Of a DNA stretch of 64,000 nucleotides, positions 10,569-20,587 are shown in pieces (within the stretch, counting starts at the first letter, position 1; each line of letters starts with the position of its first letter). The notes beneath the pieces are model-generated. The model worked only from the letters and a program-made list of their open reading frames with translations, was not told the origin of the DNA and searched no databases. Made by a program: the position numbers and the translations under genes. The stretch lies in assembly GCA_047601445.1 (NCBI GenBank), contig JASGJH010000001.1, positions 7,520,001-7,584,000 on the forward strand, given 5' to 3'. Source of the DNA: Myxococcales bacterium (GTDB lineage Bacteria; Myxococcota_A; Polyangia; Polyangiales; DASUME01).

Positions 10569-11990
10569 ATGAAGCGTATGAACGACTGGTTCGGTCCCGT
10601 GGCTGCCCTGAGCGCGCTGCTGTTGATGCCCGCCTGGGCCAGTGCTGCGCCCAATTGTGCGGCGCTCGTCGATCCGATCTATCACCGCGTCAACCCCACC
10701 ACGCAAGCCAACCTGCTCACGGCCTCGCTCAGCGAAGCCGAGAACGCGGAGACTCAGTACGGGTTCACGGACGATCGCGGTGCCCCCATTCGTGCGTCAC
10801 GCGCAGCAGCCAGCGGGCTGGTCGCCGTACATCGGCTCTACAAGTCCAGCACGGGCGACTTCGTATGGATCTCGAATCCCAGCGAGATCTCGGCCGCCAC
10901 CACGAACTACGGCTACGCGGACCAGGGCACCAACTTCTATGCGTCCACGGAGAGCGGCGCCTGCACCCAGCCGGTCTACCGCTACTCCAAGGGCAACAAG
11001 CATCGCCACGCTTTCTCGCAGGCCGAGCGCGACGCCCTGGCGGCAAGCGGATGGACCTACGAGACGATCTCCTTCTATGCTGCCCCCGCCGCGCCCGTCG
11101 TCGACACCAAGTTCACCATCGCGGTGATGCCAGACACCCAGCAAGAGGTTCGGCCCACGGAGCCGCGCAATTTGAACGACGTGCGCTTCCGCAACCGAAC
11201 CCAGTGGTTGGTCGATCACGAAGACGAGCTCGACCTGCGCTTCGTGGCCCACAGCGGCGACGTGGTGAACTGGGGCGAGCGCGATGCGTACCAGTACAGC
11301 GTGGTCGTCGACGGCGTGCAGCCATTGGTGCAAGCCGGCGTCCCGTTCGCTTTCACGCCCGGCAATCACGACACCCGCGCCGTCTGCGCTGGCGGCTCGG
11401 CCTGTCCCGGGGAGAGCGCGAGCACCAACGTCCGACTCCTGCCCCTGTTCAGTCAAAATTTCAACCCGTTGTTCGCGGTCTCGGGTCGCTACGAAGCCAA
11501 CAAGCTGGACAACTACTACACGCTCTTCGAGGCTGGCGGCGTCAAGTGGATGCTGCTCTCGCTGGAGCTATGGCCGCGCAGCCAGGTCATCGACTGGGCC
11601 AAGTCCGCGGTGCAGTCGCATCCGACCCACAATGTCTTCGTGGTCACGCACATGTACCTCGACGGCAACGGCAACATCGCCACCGACAACGGCGGCTACG
11701 GCGCCAACAGCCCGCGCTTCCTGTTCGACAACCTGATCAAGCAGTATGCGAACATCCGCCTCGTGTTCAGCGGGCACACCGGGCTGGCGGCCTCGCGTGA
11801 GGACACCGGCCTCAACGGTAACAAGATTGCCAGCTTCATGCAGACCTTCCACTCCACGAACAACCCCGTGCGCCTGGTGGAGATCGACACGGCCGCGAAC
11901 CAGGTGAAGACCTGGATCTACGCGCCCCAAACGAACACCAGCTACCCCGAATACGACCGCACCGTCACGGGCTTGAACTTCGTGCATTGA
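10569..11990 (+). CDS. Secreted calcineurin-like metallophosphoesterase with N-terminal DUF5648-like repeat domain
   Basis: Signal peptide. Three ~47-aa repeats (PIYHRVNP / AVHRLYKS / PVYRYSKG). Motifs PDTQ, HSGDVV, PGNHD, VVTH, FSGH. Confidence 0.85.
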   Translation: MKRMNDWFGPVAALSALLLMPAWASAAPNCAALVDPIYHRVNPTTQANLLTASLSEAENAETQYGFTDDRGAPIRASRAAASGLVAVHRLYKSSTGDFVWISNPSEISAATTNYGYADQGTNFYASTESGACTQPVYRYSKGNKHRHAFSQAERDALAASGWTYETISFYAAPAAPVVDTKFTIAVMPDTQQEVRPTEPRNLNDVRFRNRTQWLVDHEDELDLRFVAHSGDVVNWGERDAYQYSVVVDGVQPLVQAGVPFAFTPGNHDTRAVCAGGSACPGESASTNVRLLPLFSQNFNPLFAVSGRYEANKLDNYYTLFEAGGVKWMLLSLELWPRSQVIDWAKSAVQSHPTHNVFVVTHMYLDGNGNIATDNGGYGANSPRFLFDNLIKQYANIRLVFSGHTGLAASREDTGLNGNKIASFMQTFHSTNNPVRLVEIDTAANQVKTWIYAPQTNTSYPEYDRTVTGLNFVH

Positions 11991-12059
11991 CGGCGGGCGC
12001 CGGGCTCACTGCGAGGCTCGGCGGGCGCACGTCCAGCGTTCCCGACAGCCGCGCAGCGC

Positions 12060-13292
12060 TCAGAAGCGGCCCCCGAGCGTGGCCTGCAGCTGATGCGGCC
12101 CCGGGAGCGCCGCGTAGTTCAGCTGCCGCAACAGGCTGGCGCGCTTGACCATCAACGGCTTGAGCCGCGCGTTCAGGTCGCGATTGTGATCGATGTGTCG
12201 GATCAAGCGCATCGTCCCGCTCAACCCGAACAATAGACTGGCGGCGGCGAGGCCCGTGAAGGCATAGGCCGTATAGCGTAGCGTCGTCTGATCGTGGTGG
12301 TCGATCGGCTCACTGTGTGACTCGGCGGCGGCGTAGGCACTCAAGGCCACCGTCGAGGACACCAACATGCCGCCGTAGCCGAGGGTCATCAGCGTGATGG
12401 GCCCGCCGAGGCTCTGACGGTCGGCGCGCAAGAGACCGATCTGCCTGTTGACGCCAGCGAGTTGGCTTGCCAGCAGCGGTAGCTCGGCAGGCGGCGCTTG
12501 AGGCCGAAGTGACGCGGGAACCACGGGCACGAGCATGTAGCCCGGGGGAACCGAGGCTGGCGGGCAGTTGCCTGGCGTCGCAGCGTTCGCCGCGGGCACG
12601 AGCTCGGGCGTTTGCTGGGCTGGAAGCAGCGGAGCCGGCGTGGTGGGCTGCGGCCAGAGTAGGGTCGGAACTGGCGGCACGTACGGCGTCGCGGGCGGCG
12701 GCACGTAGGGCAGCGCAGGCGGGGGCACATAGGGCATCGCCGGCGGAGGCGCATAGGGCTCCACGCCAGGAACCGGCAGAGCGGGCGCTGTCGCAGCAAG
12801 GGGCGCCGGGGCGATCAGAGGCACAGACTCGACCAGGGGCGTTGGCGCAACGTAAGGCGCTGGCGCGATCACGGCTGGTGCTACATAGGGCGCTGGCGCG
12901 ATCGCCTCGGTCGGCGCCGCCTGTGCTGCAGGCTGCGGCACGTAGCTGAGCGCCGGAGCGGGATAGATCGTCACCGGACCTGACGCGGCCGGCTGCACGA
13001 TGGTCGTCACCGGTGCGGCCGTGGGCGCTCCCGGATCGGAGACGCCCGACATTTCCAGCGCCGATGCCAGCTCCCCTTCAGGCATTCCCTCGGGGGCCAC
13101 CGGAATCTGGCTGGTGGCTGGCAACGTGTACGTGGTCACGTACTTGCGCTGAGCCGCCAGCTTGCGCTGGTTGGCAGATTTGGTTCGCACCGCGATTCGC
13201 CCCTGGGCGCTCACGGGCTGATCCAGCAGCAAGAGCGGCAGCAGTAGACAAGCACAGGCGCGCAGGCGCCATGACGCCCGTCCGTTGTGCAT
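12060..13292 (-). CDS. Secreted or membrane proline/alanine-rich protein with two C-terminal hydrophobic segments
   Basis: Signal-like CACLLLPLLLLDQPVSA, PYVPPP/APYVAP repeats and two predicted TM helices. Start is uncertain. Confidence 0.65.
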   Translation of the reverse strand: MHNGRASWRLRACACLLLPLLLLDQPVSAQGRIAVRTKSANQRKLAAQRKYVTTYTLPATSQIPVAPEGMPEGELASALEMSGVSDPGAPTAAPVTTIVQPAASGPVTIYPAPALSYVPQPAAQAAPTEAIAPAPYVAPAVIAPAPYVAPTPLVESVPLIAPAPLAATAPALPVPGVEPYAPPPAMPYVPPPALPYVPPPATPYVPPVPTLLWPQPTTPAPLLPAQQTPELVPAANAATPGNCPPASVPPGYMLVPVVPASLRPQAPPAELPLLASQLAGVNRQIGLLRADRQSLGGPITLMTLGYGGMLVSSTVALSAYAAAESHSEPIDHHDQTTLRYTAYAFTGLAAASLLFGLSGTMRLIRHIDHNRDLNARLKPLMVKRASLLRQLNYAALPGPHQLQATLGGRF

Positions 13293-13605
13293 TGTACGAG
13301 ACAAAGGTTTGCGACCATGGCAGGTCGCCCTCGACAACCAGGCGAGCATGACTGGAAAGCACTCCTGAGCCTCGCGCCTTACTGTCCTCGCCAATTTTCA
13401 CGACACCGTGAACGAGGAACGACGCGGCCCGTACTCTTCAGTGTGCAGCCGAAGCCGCGCGGGTCCAGCCGCTCACATCGCGATCCGATCCGCAGCGGCC
13501 CTTGCGTCTGAAAGCTCGAACGAGCACTTCAGGGGCTCCGTGATTCGGCCGAGTCATCGGCTTGGAGCGGTGTGCAACCGCGTCCGATCGAGGTCTAGTG
13601 CCGCG

Positions 13606-15678
13606 TCACTGCACGAAGACATCCAGGTACATCATGTACGGGCCACTCATGCCCGAAGCCGTCACCAAGGCAGGGCGCCCGCCCACCTGGATCAGCGCCA
13701 AGCTGCCCGCGTTGTTCCCCGGAATGCAATCGACGCCCCGCGGCTCCCACCCGTCCTCGCCGAGCGTGAACACGCCCGCCTTGGTCCCTGCGTAGAGCAC
13801 CTGGCCGGGGTTGTCCCAGAGCAGCGAGTTGGCCGAAAGACTCGGTAGGCCGTCGTTCACGAACACCCACGACGTTCCGCCATCCTGCGAGCGTGCCACG
13901 CCGCGCTGCGAGATCACCGCGTAGAGGTCTTGGTCCGCCTGCACGATTTGGGGCACCGAGGCGTTCGCCAAGTCTCCGCCTACGGCGACCCACGAATCGC
14001 CGGCGTCGGAGGACTGGAACAGGCCCCGGCCATTGGTGCCGATGATCAGGTGCTGCGCGTTGTTGGGGTCGAACCAGATGCTGCGGATGTCGCGGAACGT
14101 GCCAGCGGAGGTCGCCCAAGCCTCAGGCAGTCCCGCATTGCTCTCCTGCCAAGTCAGCCCCCCATTGACGGACTTCAGCACGCCACGGGTCTGCGTCGCT
14201 GCGAGCACTGTGTTTGTGTTTCCGGGCTGGAAGGCGAACGCTAGCGCATTGCCCTTGTCGACGGCCGTGAAGGTCTGTCCCGAATTCTGCGAAAGCCAGA
14301 TCGAAGGCCAGCCCCCCACGAGCACCGTCTCGCCCGACGCGGCCATGCCGAACGCATAGTCATCGGGAAGCGCATCCAGGGACACCCGCTGCCAGCGCGC
14401 GGTATCGGCGGACCAAACCCACGGGCCGCTGCCCCACGAAGAGAGCCAGAGGGAAGGACCCATGAGCGAGAGCTGGGTGATCGAGAGGCTGCCAATGCCG
14501 TCGATCAGACTCCAGGCTTCTCCCGCGTCGGTCGATAGATAGGCGCCCGAGCGGTCACTCATGAGCACCAGATCTGGGTTGTGCTGATTCATCCGCAGGC
14601 TGTGCGTGACGGGACCGACCGTCTCGAGCAGCCCCGACTTGAGCACATCGGTCCAGCTCTCACCGCCATCGTCGGACCGCCGGATCCCCTGATTTTGCCC
14701 CTGGACGTCGAGGATGACGCGCTTGCAGTCCGCTCCGGATACTTCGATGGATTGAATCGCTGCAGCGAGCGGGATGTGATCCCAGTTCGCTCCATCGTCG
14801 ACGCTGCGGCTAACTCCGGTGGCCGTGGCGACGAAGATCACCTCGGGCATGGCTGGACAGATCGACACGTCCATCACCCGACCGCGACCGTCCAAAATGG
14901 TGTTCCAGGTGTGGCCCCCGTCGACGGTGGAGAGCACGGCTCCGAGCATGGACCAGCCGCCGGAGTCGTTGAGCTCGATGAGGCCTGCCACCGCGCGCAG
15001 AGGATCACTCGGATGCCCCTGCAAGGCCGTGATGTGGCTGTATGGGACACCCTGATTGAGGTTTCCCCACGAGTGCCCTTCATCCACGGATCCCAGGATG
15101 CCGTAGCCGATGGAGCCGGCGAGCAGTCGTCGAGGCTCGGCGGGCATCGCCAGGAGCGTCGTGATGGCGAGTCCTCCGAGCGCCTTCGGTGACCATGTGG
15201 CGCCGCTGTCATCGGAGAACAGCACGCCGTCGTTGGTGGCCGCCAAGAGCGAGTCCGGTGCGTCCGACGGGAAAGCAAGATCGACGATGCCTGCCGAAAG
15301 TGGCTCGGAGGCAACCCAGGTGTTGCCGAAGTCCGTACTCGCGTACAGCGTCTCGCCCGCGACCGCATACACACGGTCGTCGTCGCGGGGGTCGAGCCAC
15401 GCACCCGCTACATGACCAGGAGCCAGGCCATCTCCAAACCGAGTCCACGTACAAGCCGGGGACTTGCCAGCATCGCCGGCGTCCGCGCCGTCGCCCACGT
15501 TCGCCTGGACTTCCGCATCCCCGGGCCCCGCGTCGCCAAGCCCGCCGTCTCCCTCCCGGCCACCCGAGCCGCCATCACCATGGCAGCCCCCGAGCGACAA
15601 TCCGACACAGACCACGTACGGCAGGGGGCCCCCGGACGAAGCGCTATTGCGAGGCAGACGGGATGACTGAGTGACCAT
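13606..15678 (-). CDS. BNR/Asp-box (VPS10/YCF48-like) beta-propeller lipoprotein
   Basis: More than ten S-x-D-x-G-x-T/S-W boxes (STDFGNTW, SDDSGATW, SDDGGESW, SQDGGTSW). LGGC lipobox. Start chosen at the ATG at 15678, uncertain. Confidence 0.85.
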   Translation of the reverse strand: MVTQSSRLPRNSASSGGPLPYVVCVGLSLGGCHGDGGSGGREGDGGLGDAGPGDAEVQANVGDGADAGDAGKSPACTWTRFGDGLAPGHVAGAWLDPRDDDRVYAVAGETLYASTDFGNTWVASEPLSAGIVDLAFPSDAPDSLLAATNDGVLFSDDSGATWSPKALGGLAITTLLAMPAEPRRLLAGSIGYGILGSVDEGHSWGNLNQGVPYSHITALQGHPSDPLRAVAGLIELNDSGGWSMLGAVLSTVDGGHTWNTILDGRGRVMDVSICPAMPEVIFVATATGVSRSVDDGANWDHIPLAAAIQSIEVSGADCKRVILDVQGQNQGIRRSDDGGESWTDVLKSGLLETVGPVTHSLRMNQHNPDLVLMSDRSGAYLSTDAGEAWSLIDGIGSLSITQLSLMGPSLWLSSWGSGPWVWSADTARWQRVSLDALPDDYAFGMAASGETVLVGGWPSIWLSQNSGQTFTAVDKGNALAFAFQPGNTNTVLAATQTRGVLKSVNGGLTWQESNAGLPEAWATSAGTFRDIRSIWFDPNNAQHLIIGTNGRGLFQSSDAGDSWVAVGGDLANASVPQIVQADQDLYAVISQRGVARSQDGGTSWVFVNDGLPSLSANSLLWDNPGQVLYAGTKAGVFTLGEDGWEPRGVDCIPGNNAGSLALIQVGGRPALVTASGMSGPYMMYLDVFVQ

Positions 15679-15929
15679 CCGCGCATGCTCGCATGAAGCG
15701 AAAAGCGCTGACAAACGATTCCCGTCTGCGAAAATACTTCGTTTTCTCCGGCGATCGAACATGAAATTCCGGGGCGCGGCCGAGCAACCAAGGGTTCTCT
15801 CGAGCACACTCCGCGCGGGCTCTGCACCTTCTGAAAGGCGATCTGCGGCCAGCGCAAGCCGAGTCCGCGACGTGGCGTTCGGGGTGAGCCGGCTGTCTCG
15901 CCAGGGGTGACCTGGGGCATAGTCACCCC

Positions 15930-16469
15930 ATGACCAAAACTTGGATGGTACGCAGTTTCGCTGCGGGGGTGTTCCTGTTCGCTGGAGCTGCGTGTGGCGG
16001 CGACAAACAGGCCGAGGCAGCTCCGGCTTCCACGACGCCCGAGGCGCCCGCCGCGGCCAACGCGGCCGACAGCAAAACAAAGCTTCTCCACTGCGGCGAC
16101 TTCTTCACGGCCGCTGAGATCACGGCGCTCGGACTCGACGCCAGCACGTTCAAGCCTGACGAAGTACAGATGTCGCCCGGAGGACCCATCCTCTGCAACT
16201 TCGCAGGCTACGGCTTCACTCTATTCTCGGGTGACAACTATTCGAGCATCGTCGGCGGCTCGAAAGAAGCCATCGCCAAGGGGAAGATCACGGCGGCCAC
16301 CGGTCCGACCATCGGCAAAAGCAGCGAGTGGACCATCTCGTCTGGGTTGAGCACCTGCTTGATGCTGTCGACCAATGGCCGCTTTGCTGGCGTGGTGGAC
16401 GCAGGGGATCAAGCTACGACCGAGAAGTTCGCGCGAGCGCTCGACGCCAACATCAGCAAGATGCCATAG
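15930..16469 (+). CDS. Hypothetical lipoprotein
   Basis: Signal peptide with AAC-GG lipobox, Ala/Pro linker and a small Cys-containing domain. Confidence 0.75.
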   Translation: MTKTWMVRSFAAGVFLFAGAACGGDKQAEAAPASTTPEAPAAANAADSKTKLLHCGDFFTAAEITALGLDASTFKPDEVQMSPGGPILCNFAGYGFTLFSGDNYSSIVGGSKEAIAKGKITAATGPTIGKSSEWTISSGLSTCLMLSTNGRFAGVVDAGDQATTEKFARALDANISKMP

Positions 16470-16514
16470 GGTCGGCGAGCGTCTACTGCTTTACGCGGTT
16501 GGCGAAGGAAGCGC

Positions 16515-17453
16515 CTACGGCGAGGAGCTTGCGGGCGGCTTGGCGCCCTCGCTGGCAAGCGCGAACACGGTGTAGCCCGCGCTGTTGTATACGGCGGCCG
16601 TCAGCGCATAGCCGGCCGATCCCAATGACGCCGTGGTGTCCTCGAGGTCGGGCCCGACCACCTGGTCCACGAGCGTCGCGAACGTTTGTGTTCTTCCCGA
16701 AGCGCGCTGCGCGAAGAGCGTATATCCCGCATCGTTGGTGATCGCGCCCACGTGCGCGAAGCCCATGCTGGAGAAGCCGTCCAAGGTGTCGTCGAGGTCG
16801 CTGCCGATCACTTGGTCGACCATGCCGTCGAACTCGGTGGAGTCGCCCTTCAGATGCGTACCCACGAGCGTGTAGCCCGCGCTGTTGTACATGGCGGCAC
16901 TGAGCACGAAGCCCCCGGCGCCCAAATCCGAGAGGGTATCGTCGAGCTGACTCCCGATGACCTGCTCTACCCGCGCTTCGTAGGTGTCTGCCGACCCTCT
17001 CACCTTGTAGCCGAGGAGGGTATAGCCAGCGCTGTTGGTCAGCGCGGCCGTGATCGCAAAGCCATCCTCACCCATGGTCGTGAGCGTGCTGTCGAGGTCT
17101 GAGCCAACGACCTGCTCCACCTGGGTCTCGAAGCGCAGGACCGACCCCTTGTCGCGGGCAGCGAACAAGGTGTAGCCGGCATCGTTGGTGACCGCTGCCG
17201 TGACCACGTAGCCGTCGCCTGCGAGATCTTGCAAGGTCTCGTCGAGCTGATTTCCGATCACTTGCTCGACCCGCGTCTCCTTGGCGTGACCGGGCACCAA
17301 CCAGTCATGCAGGAGGGCGCTGTCCTCGGCGCTGTCGCCATCTCCATTGCCGGGGCCATCCTCATCGCCCGTGTTCACCGCGGTGCCGTTGCTACCGTCG
17401 TCCCCGCAAGCAACCAGGCCAAGACTCAGCGTCGCCACCAACCACAGCTTCAT
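16515..17453 (-). CDS. Lipoprotein built from five tandem 50-aa repeats
   Basis: LVAC lipobox and GAGG RBS. Five copies of V(E/D)QV(I/V)G..L..T......G(Y/F)....A..N(D/S)AGYT(L/V). Confidence 0.85.
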   Translation of the reverse strand: MKLWLVATLSLGLVACGDDGSNGTAVNTGDEDGPGNGDGDSAEDSALLHDWLVPGHAKETRVEQVIGNQLDETLQDLAGDGYVVTAAVTNDAGYTLFAARDKGSVLRFETQVEQVVGSDLDSTLTTMGEDGFAITAALTNSAGYTLLGYKVRGSADTYEARVEQVIGSQLDDTLSDLGAGGFVLSAAMYNSAGYTLVGTHLKGDSTEFDGMVDQVIGSDLDDTLDGFSSMGFAHVGAITNDAGYTLFAQRASGRTQTFATLVDQVVGPDLEDTTASLGSAGYALTAAVYNSAGYTVFALASEGAKPPASSSP

Positions 17454-17714
17454 GTCGCTCTGTTCCTCCAGGCGCGATCATGCGCAGCCCGGGCGCGATG
17501 GTAACAAGCCCGCCGCGGCCAGTTTCGGCTGTTCGTCGAAACCTCGGCCTGGTTCACCCTCTGGGGAGTTGAGCAACGGAACGCAACAAAAAAATGGCGC
17601 ATTCTTCTTCTGCGCAAAGGAAGCCTGACGAAGCGAGGACTCAGTCGTCCGGCTCCTCTGGAGTTACACACATCGGACGAATGTCATCACGCCGGTCAGG
17701 CTACTATCCCCGCA

Positions 17715-18142
17715 ATGAGACGTCTGCTGTTGGGGCTTACTTCCACGCTCGCTCTCTTGCTCAGTTCGAGGCGGACTACCACAAGGACTGGCCTGTTCAG
17801 GCCCTGCATGCCTTCGACAGCGCGGGCCCCGAACTTGCGAGCGTGCTGGCAGAATGGGTCGCGCGAGCTCCGCAGTCATGGGCTGCGCACGCCGCGCTGG
17901 GAGCCCACCAGAAACATGTGGCCTGGTCCCGCCGAGGGACCTCGTACGCTCGGGACACCTCGCGCGCCGAGATGGCAGGAATGCGTGAGAGTGCACGTCT
18001 CGCAGCGCAGAGCTTCGAGAAGGCGGTCGCGCTTAGACCTCGACTGGCAGCCGCAGACACCGAGCTCATCATTCTCGCCCGAGCGCGCTTGCTCGCTCAA
18101 GCTGGAAGCGGCCTGTCAGACCGCCAAGCGCTTGTAGGCTAG
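17715..18142 (+). pseudogene. Degraded DUF4034-like gene fragment
   Basis: WVARAPQSWAAHAALG....AWSRRGTSYA resembles DUF4034. A signal-like MRRLLLGLTSTLALLL at 17715 is in a different frame. The C-terminal part appears truncated. Confidence 0.5.
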
Positions 18143-18170
18143 TTTTTGGGCGCCGGCGGTGCTCCCGAGC

Positions 18171-19859
18171 TCAGAAGGCCATCATCAGCTGCAACGTCGC
18201 GAGATTGGACTTTCCCTCGGCGAACGGCAGGACGAAACCATAGGGCGCATCGGCGAGGTCCGGCGACTTCTGCTTCAACCAGGCGTAGCGCAGCTTGAGC
18301 ACGAGCTCTGGCGGATGGATGAAGTACGCGAGCTGCGCCTCCACTTCCGTGGATTGGTCGTTCGCGAGATCCGTGCTCGGGTTCATCCAGCCGCAGCGCG
18401 CTCCGATGCCCAGCAGGTTCTTGTACAGATTGAACACGGCTTGACCCCATGCACCGTAGGAGCCGTAGGCCGACGTTCCCCCGCCTACCGGGTCGACGCG
18501 GCGCCAGTAGAACTCTCCGAAGAGAATCAAGCGATGGGCTTGAAACCACACATCGGCAGCGGCGGTGCCCAGCTTCTCGGTGACGATGGAGTGAGCGGGC
18601 GTGAGGAAGTTGTTGGCTGCGTTGAAGTTCTCCTGCGCCGTCTGCAGCTTGCCCTGGTAGCCCTGAAGCGTGAATGAAAATCGCGTGGGAAGACGATCAC
18701 CGTCCGGTGTGAAAGGCATCTCGTTGGCATTGACCGCGCCGAGAGGATTCAGCGTGAGGCGTGCCTCGACGACGTAGTTCTTGGGCAGATTGACGGGCTC
18801 GTCGATCGGTGAGCCGGCGTAGATGCCGGCGTAATATTCGAGGATGTCGGAGAGTGCACCGCCGTAGACGGTGAGACCGCGTTCGCGGCCAGACCAGAAG
18901 TAGCTCGCGACCGCCGCAAAATCCGGAAAGAAGATTTGCTGTGGGCCGAAGTTCTCGTGCCGCGAAACCGGCGTGGCCTGCTGTCCGAAGCGGAACGCAA
19001 ACTCCTCCAGAGGTGCCACGTCGAAATAGGCATCGAAGACGCGCGGTGTCCCTGAATTGGCCTCGAAGGAAAGGCGGTACCCCAGCCAGGGGCGATAGAA
19101 ATTGCCGCGGATGATCGGTCGCAAGAAGGCAAAGGTGCTGTTGAACTGCGCGTCGCCGTCGGTCCACTCGGGCTCCACCTTGAGGCCGACCTGCAACGCG
19201 ATGCGCAGGACGTACGCGCCATCCTTGGAGCGCATGCGAAAACCTTCGCCGGCGGACCAGCCGAACCAGGACTCTTCGCTCGGTTGCCCGGCAACATGTT
19301 CCCCAACCGCGGGGTACTCGGCGGGGGCTACGCCATCCGGAAGGTCCGACGCTGGGGCTCCAAATTCAGGCTCGGGCTCCGCGCTGGTCACGTCCAGGGG
19401 CACGGCAGGCGGAGCCGCCTCCAACGGGGCGGGTAAGGTTTCCGGCGGCGGGGCTAGAAGGGTTGGCGGAGGCGCAGGCGGCGGCTCGGGTGCCGGCGGC
19501 GTGTCGAGCGCTGGTGCAGGACCAGCCTCAGTTTCAGCGGGCGGCGGCGGAGGAGACTCGGGCGCCGGCGCGACGGGTGCGACCTGGGCCCGAACGAACG
19601 TAGGCGCGCCCAGCATGAGGGCGAGCACGGCCCATCCGACAGGCACGCTGCGTCTCTTGGTGTTTCCGACGGCAGCGGGTGCCTCGAAGGTTCGCCCTCC
19701 CGGCACCAGCGAATCGTGATGGGATGAACGCTCCGTGCGCGCGTACCGGGAAACGCCTCGGCGAGAGTCTCGCAGGATGGTCTTGACCACTGGATGAGCT
19801 CCGAGTCGATTACAGCGTTGGCCTTTCTGGTTGTCTACGCCGATTCGCACGAGCTTCAA
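18171..19859 (-). CDS. Outer-membrane porin (OprO/OprP-like) with proline-rich N-terminal linker
   Basis: Signal-like WAVLALMLGAPTFVRAQ, Pro-rich linker, GF...S.DG.Y.LRI, DAYFD, FRFGQ, RERG and terminal Phe (QLMMAF). True start is probably near 19650-19710. Confidence 0.75.
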   Translation of the reverse strand: MKLVRIGVDNQKGQRCNRLGAHPVVKTILRDSRRGVSRYARTERSSHHDSLVPGGRTFEAPAAVGNTKRRSVPVGWAVLALMLGAPTFVRAQVAPVAPAPESPPPPPAETEAGPAPALDTPPAPEPPPAPPPTLLAPPPETLPAPLEAAPPAVPLDVTSAEPEPEFGAPASDLPDGVAPAEYPAVGEHVAGQPSEESWFGWSAGEGFRMRSKDGAYVLRIALQVGLKVEPEWTDGDAQFNSTFAFLRPIIRGNFYRPWLGYRLSFEANSGTPRVFDAYFDVAPLEEFAFRFGQQATPVSRHENFGPQQIFFPDFAAVASYFWSGRERGLTVYGGALSDILEYYAGIYAGSPIDEPVNLPKNYVVEARLTLNPLGAVNANEMPFTPDGDRLPTRFSFTLQGYQGKLQTAQENFNAANNFLTPAHSIVTEKLGTAAADVWFQAHRLILFGEFYWRRVDPVGGGTSAYGSYGAWGQAVFNLYKNLLGIGARCGWMNPSTDLANDQSTEVEAQLAYFIHPPELVLKLRYAWLKQKSPDLADAPYGFVLPFAEGKSNLATLQLMMAF

Positions 19860-20061
19860 TGAAAATCACACGCTTGCGAACATCGCGCGCGCCCGACGTC
19901 GCGCGCCTGTACTCACGCGGTGGTCTGCGGATGAATGACCGCAAAATGGGGCGTTCGCGCAGCGCGCGCTCATCGAGCGCGCGGGCATGCAGCAACGTCG
20001 GTAGCTTCGTCTCGGTAAACCACTAGCCAACACCTGAACGGAGCACAGATCAACTACGACA

Positions 20062-20586
20062 ATGATGAAGTACCTCGCACCGCTCCTGCCGTACGCCACG
20101 CTCCTCACCGTCATCGTCGCCGTCGTCTTCGGACTGATCACGGCCCGACACGGCCGGCGCCTCCGTTACCTGACGGCCGCCACCCAGCTGGTGCACATGA
20201 CGCAGACTCCGGAATTCTCCCAGGGTGTCCAGCGCGTCCTGGAGCTTCCCGCAAAGGTGCCCGCTGGCACCATCATGTCGGATCCTGAGCTCGTCTCCGC
20301 TGCGTACGTGGTCGGACACGCCTTCGAGAGCCTGGGTGTGATGGTCTTCTACCGGCTGTTGCCGCTGCAGCTAGTCGATCATCTCATCGGCGGCTACGCG
20401 CGTGCCAGTTGGCAGCGTCTTCAGCCCTACGTAGAGGCGCGTCGCGAGCGCCTCGGACCCATGTTCGGAGAATGGTTCCAGTGGCTCGCCGAACGTCTCG
20501 AGGAAAGCCCTGCGCCAGGCAAAGACGTCGGTGCGGCGTTGGCTCACCGCGCTTGGCGCGTGGGTCGCTTCGGCGCGCACCCGTGA
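20062..20586 (+). CDS. Membrane-anchored DUF4760-like protein
   Basis: N-terminal TM helix. FESLGVMV...L..VD......W..L.PYV...R......EWFQWLA pattern. Confidence 0.7.
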   Translation: MMKYLAPLLPYATLLTVIVAVVFGLITARHGRRLRYLTAATQLVHMTQTPEFSQGVQRVLELPAKVPAGTIMSDPELVSAAYVVGHAFESLGVMVFYRLLPLQLVDHLIGGYARASWQRLQPYVEARRERLGPMFGEWFQWLAERLEESPAPGKDVGAALAHRAWRVGRFGAHP

Positions 20587-20587
20587 G

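Noticed and set aside
9443..11800. 785-aa plus-strand ORF overlapping the cytochrome and phosphoesterase genes
   Set aside because: Arg/Ala/Pro-rich off-frame shadow typical of high-GC DNA, with no motifs, overlapping two well-supported genes.
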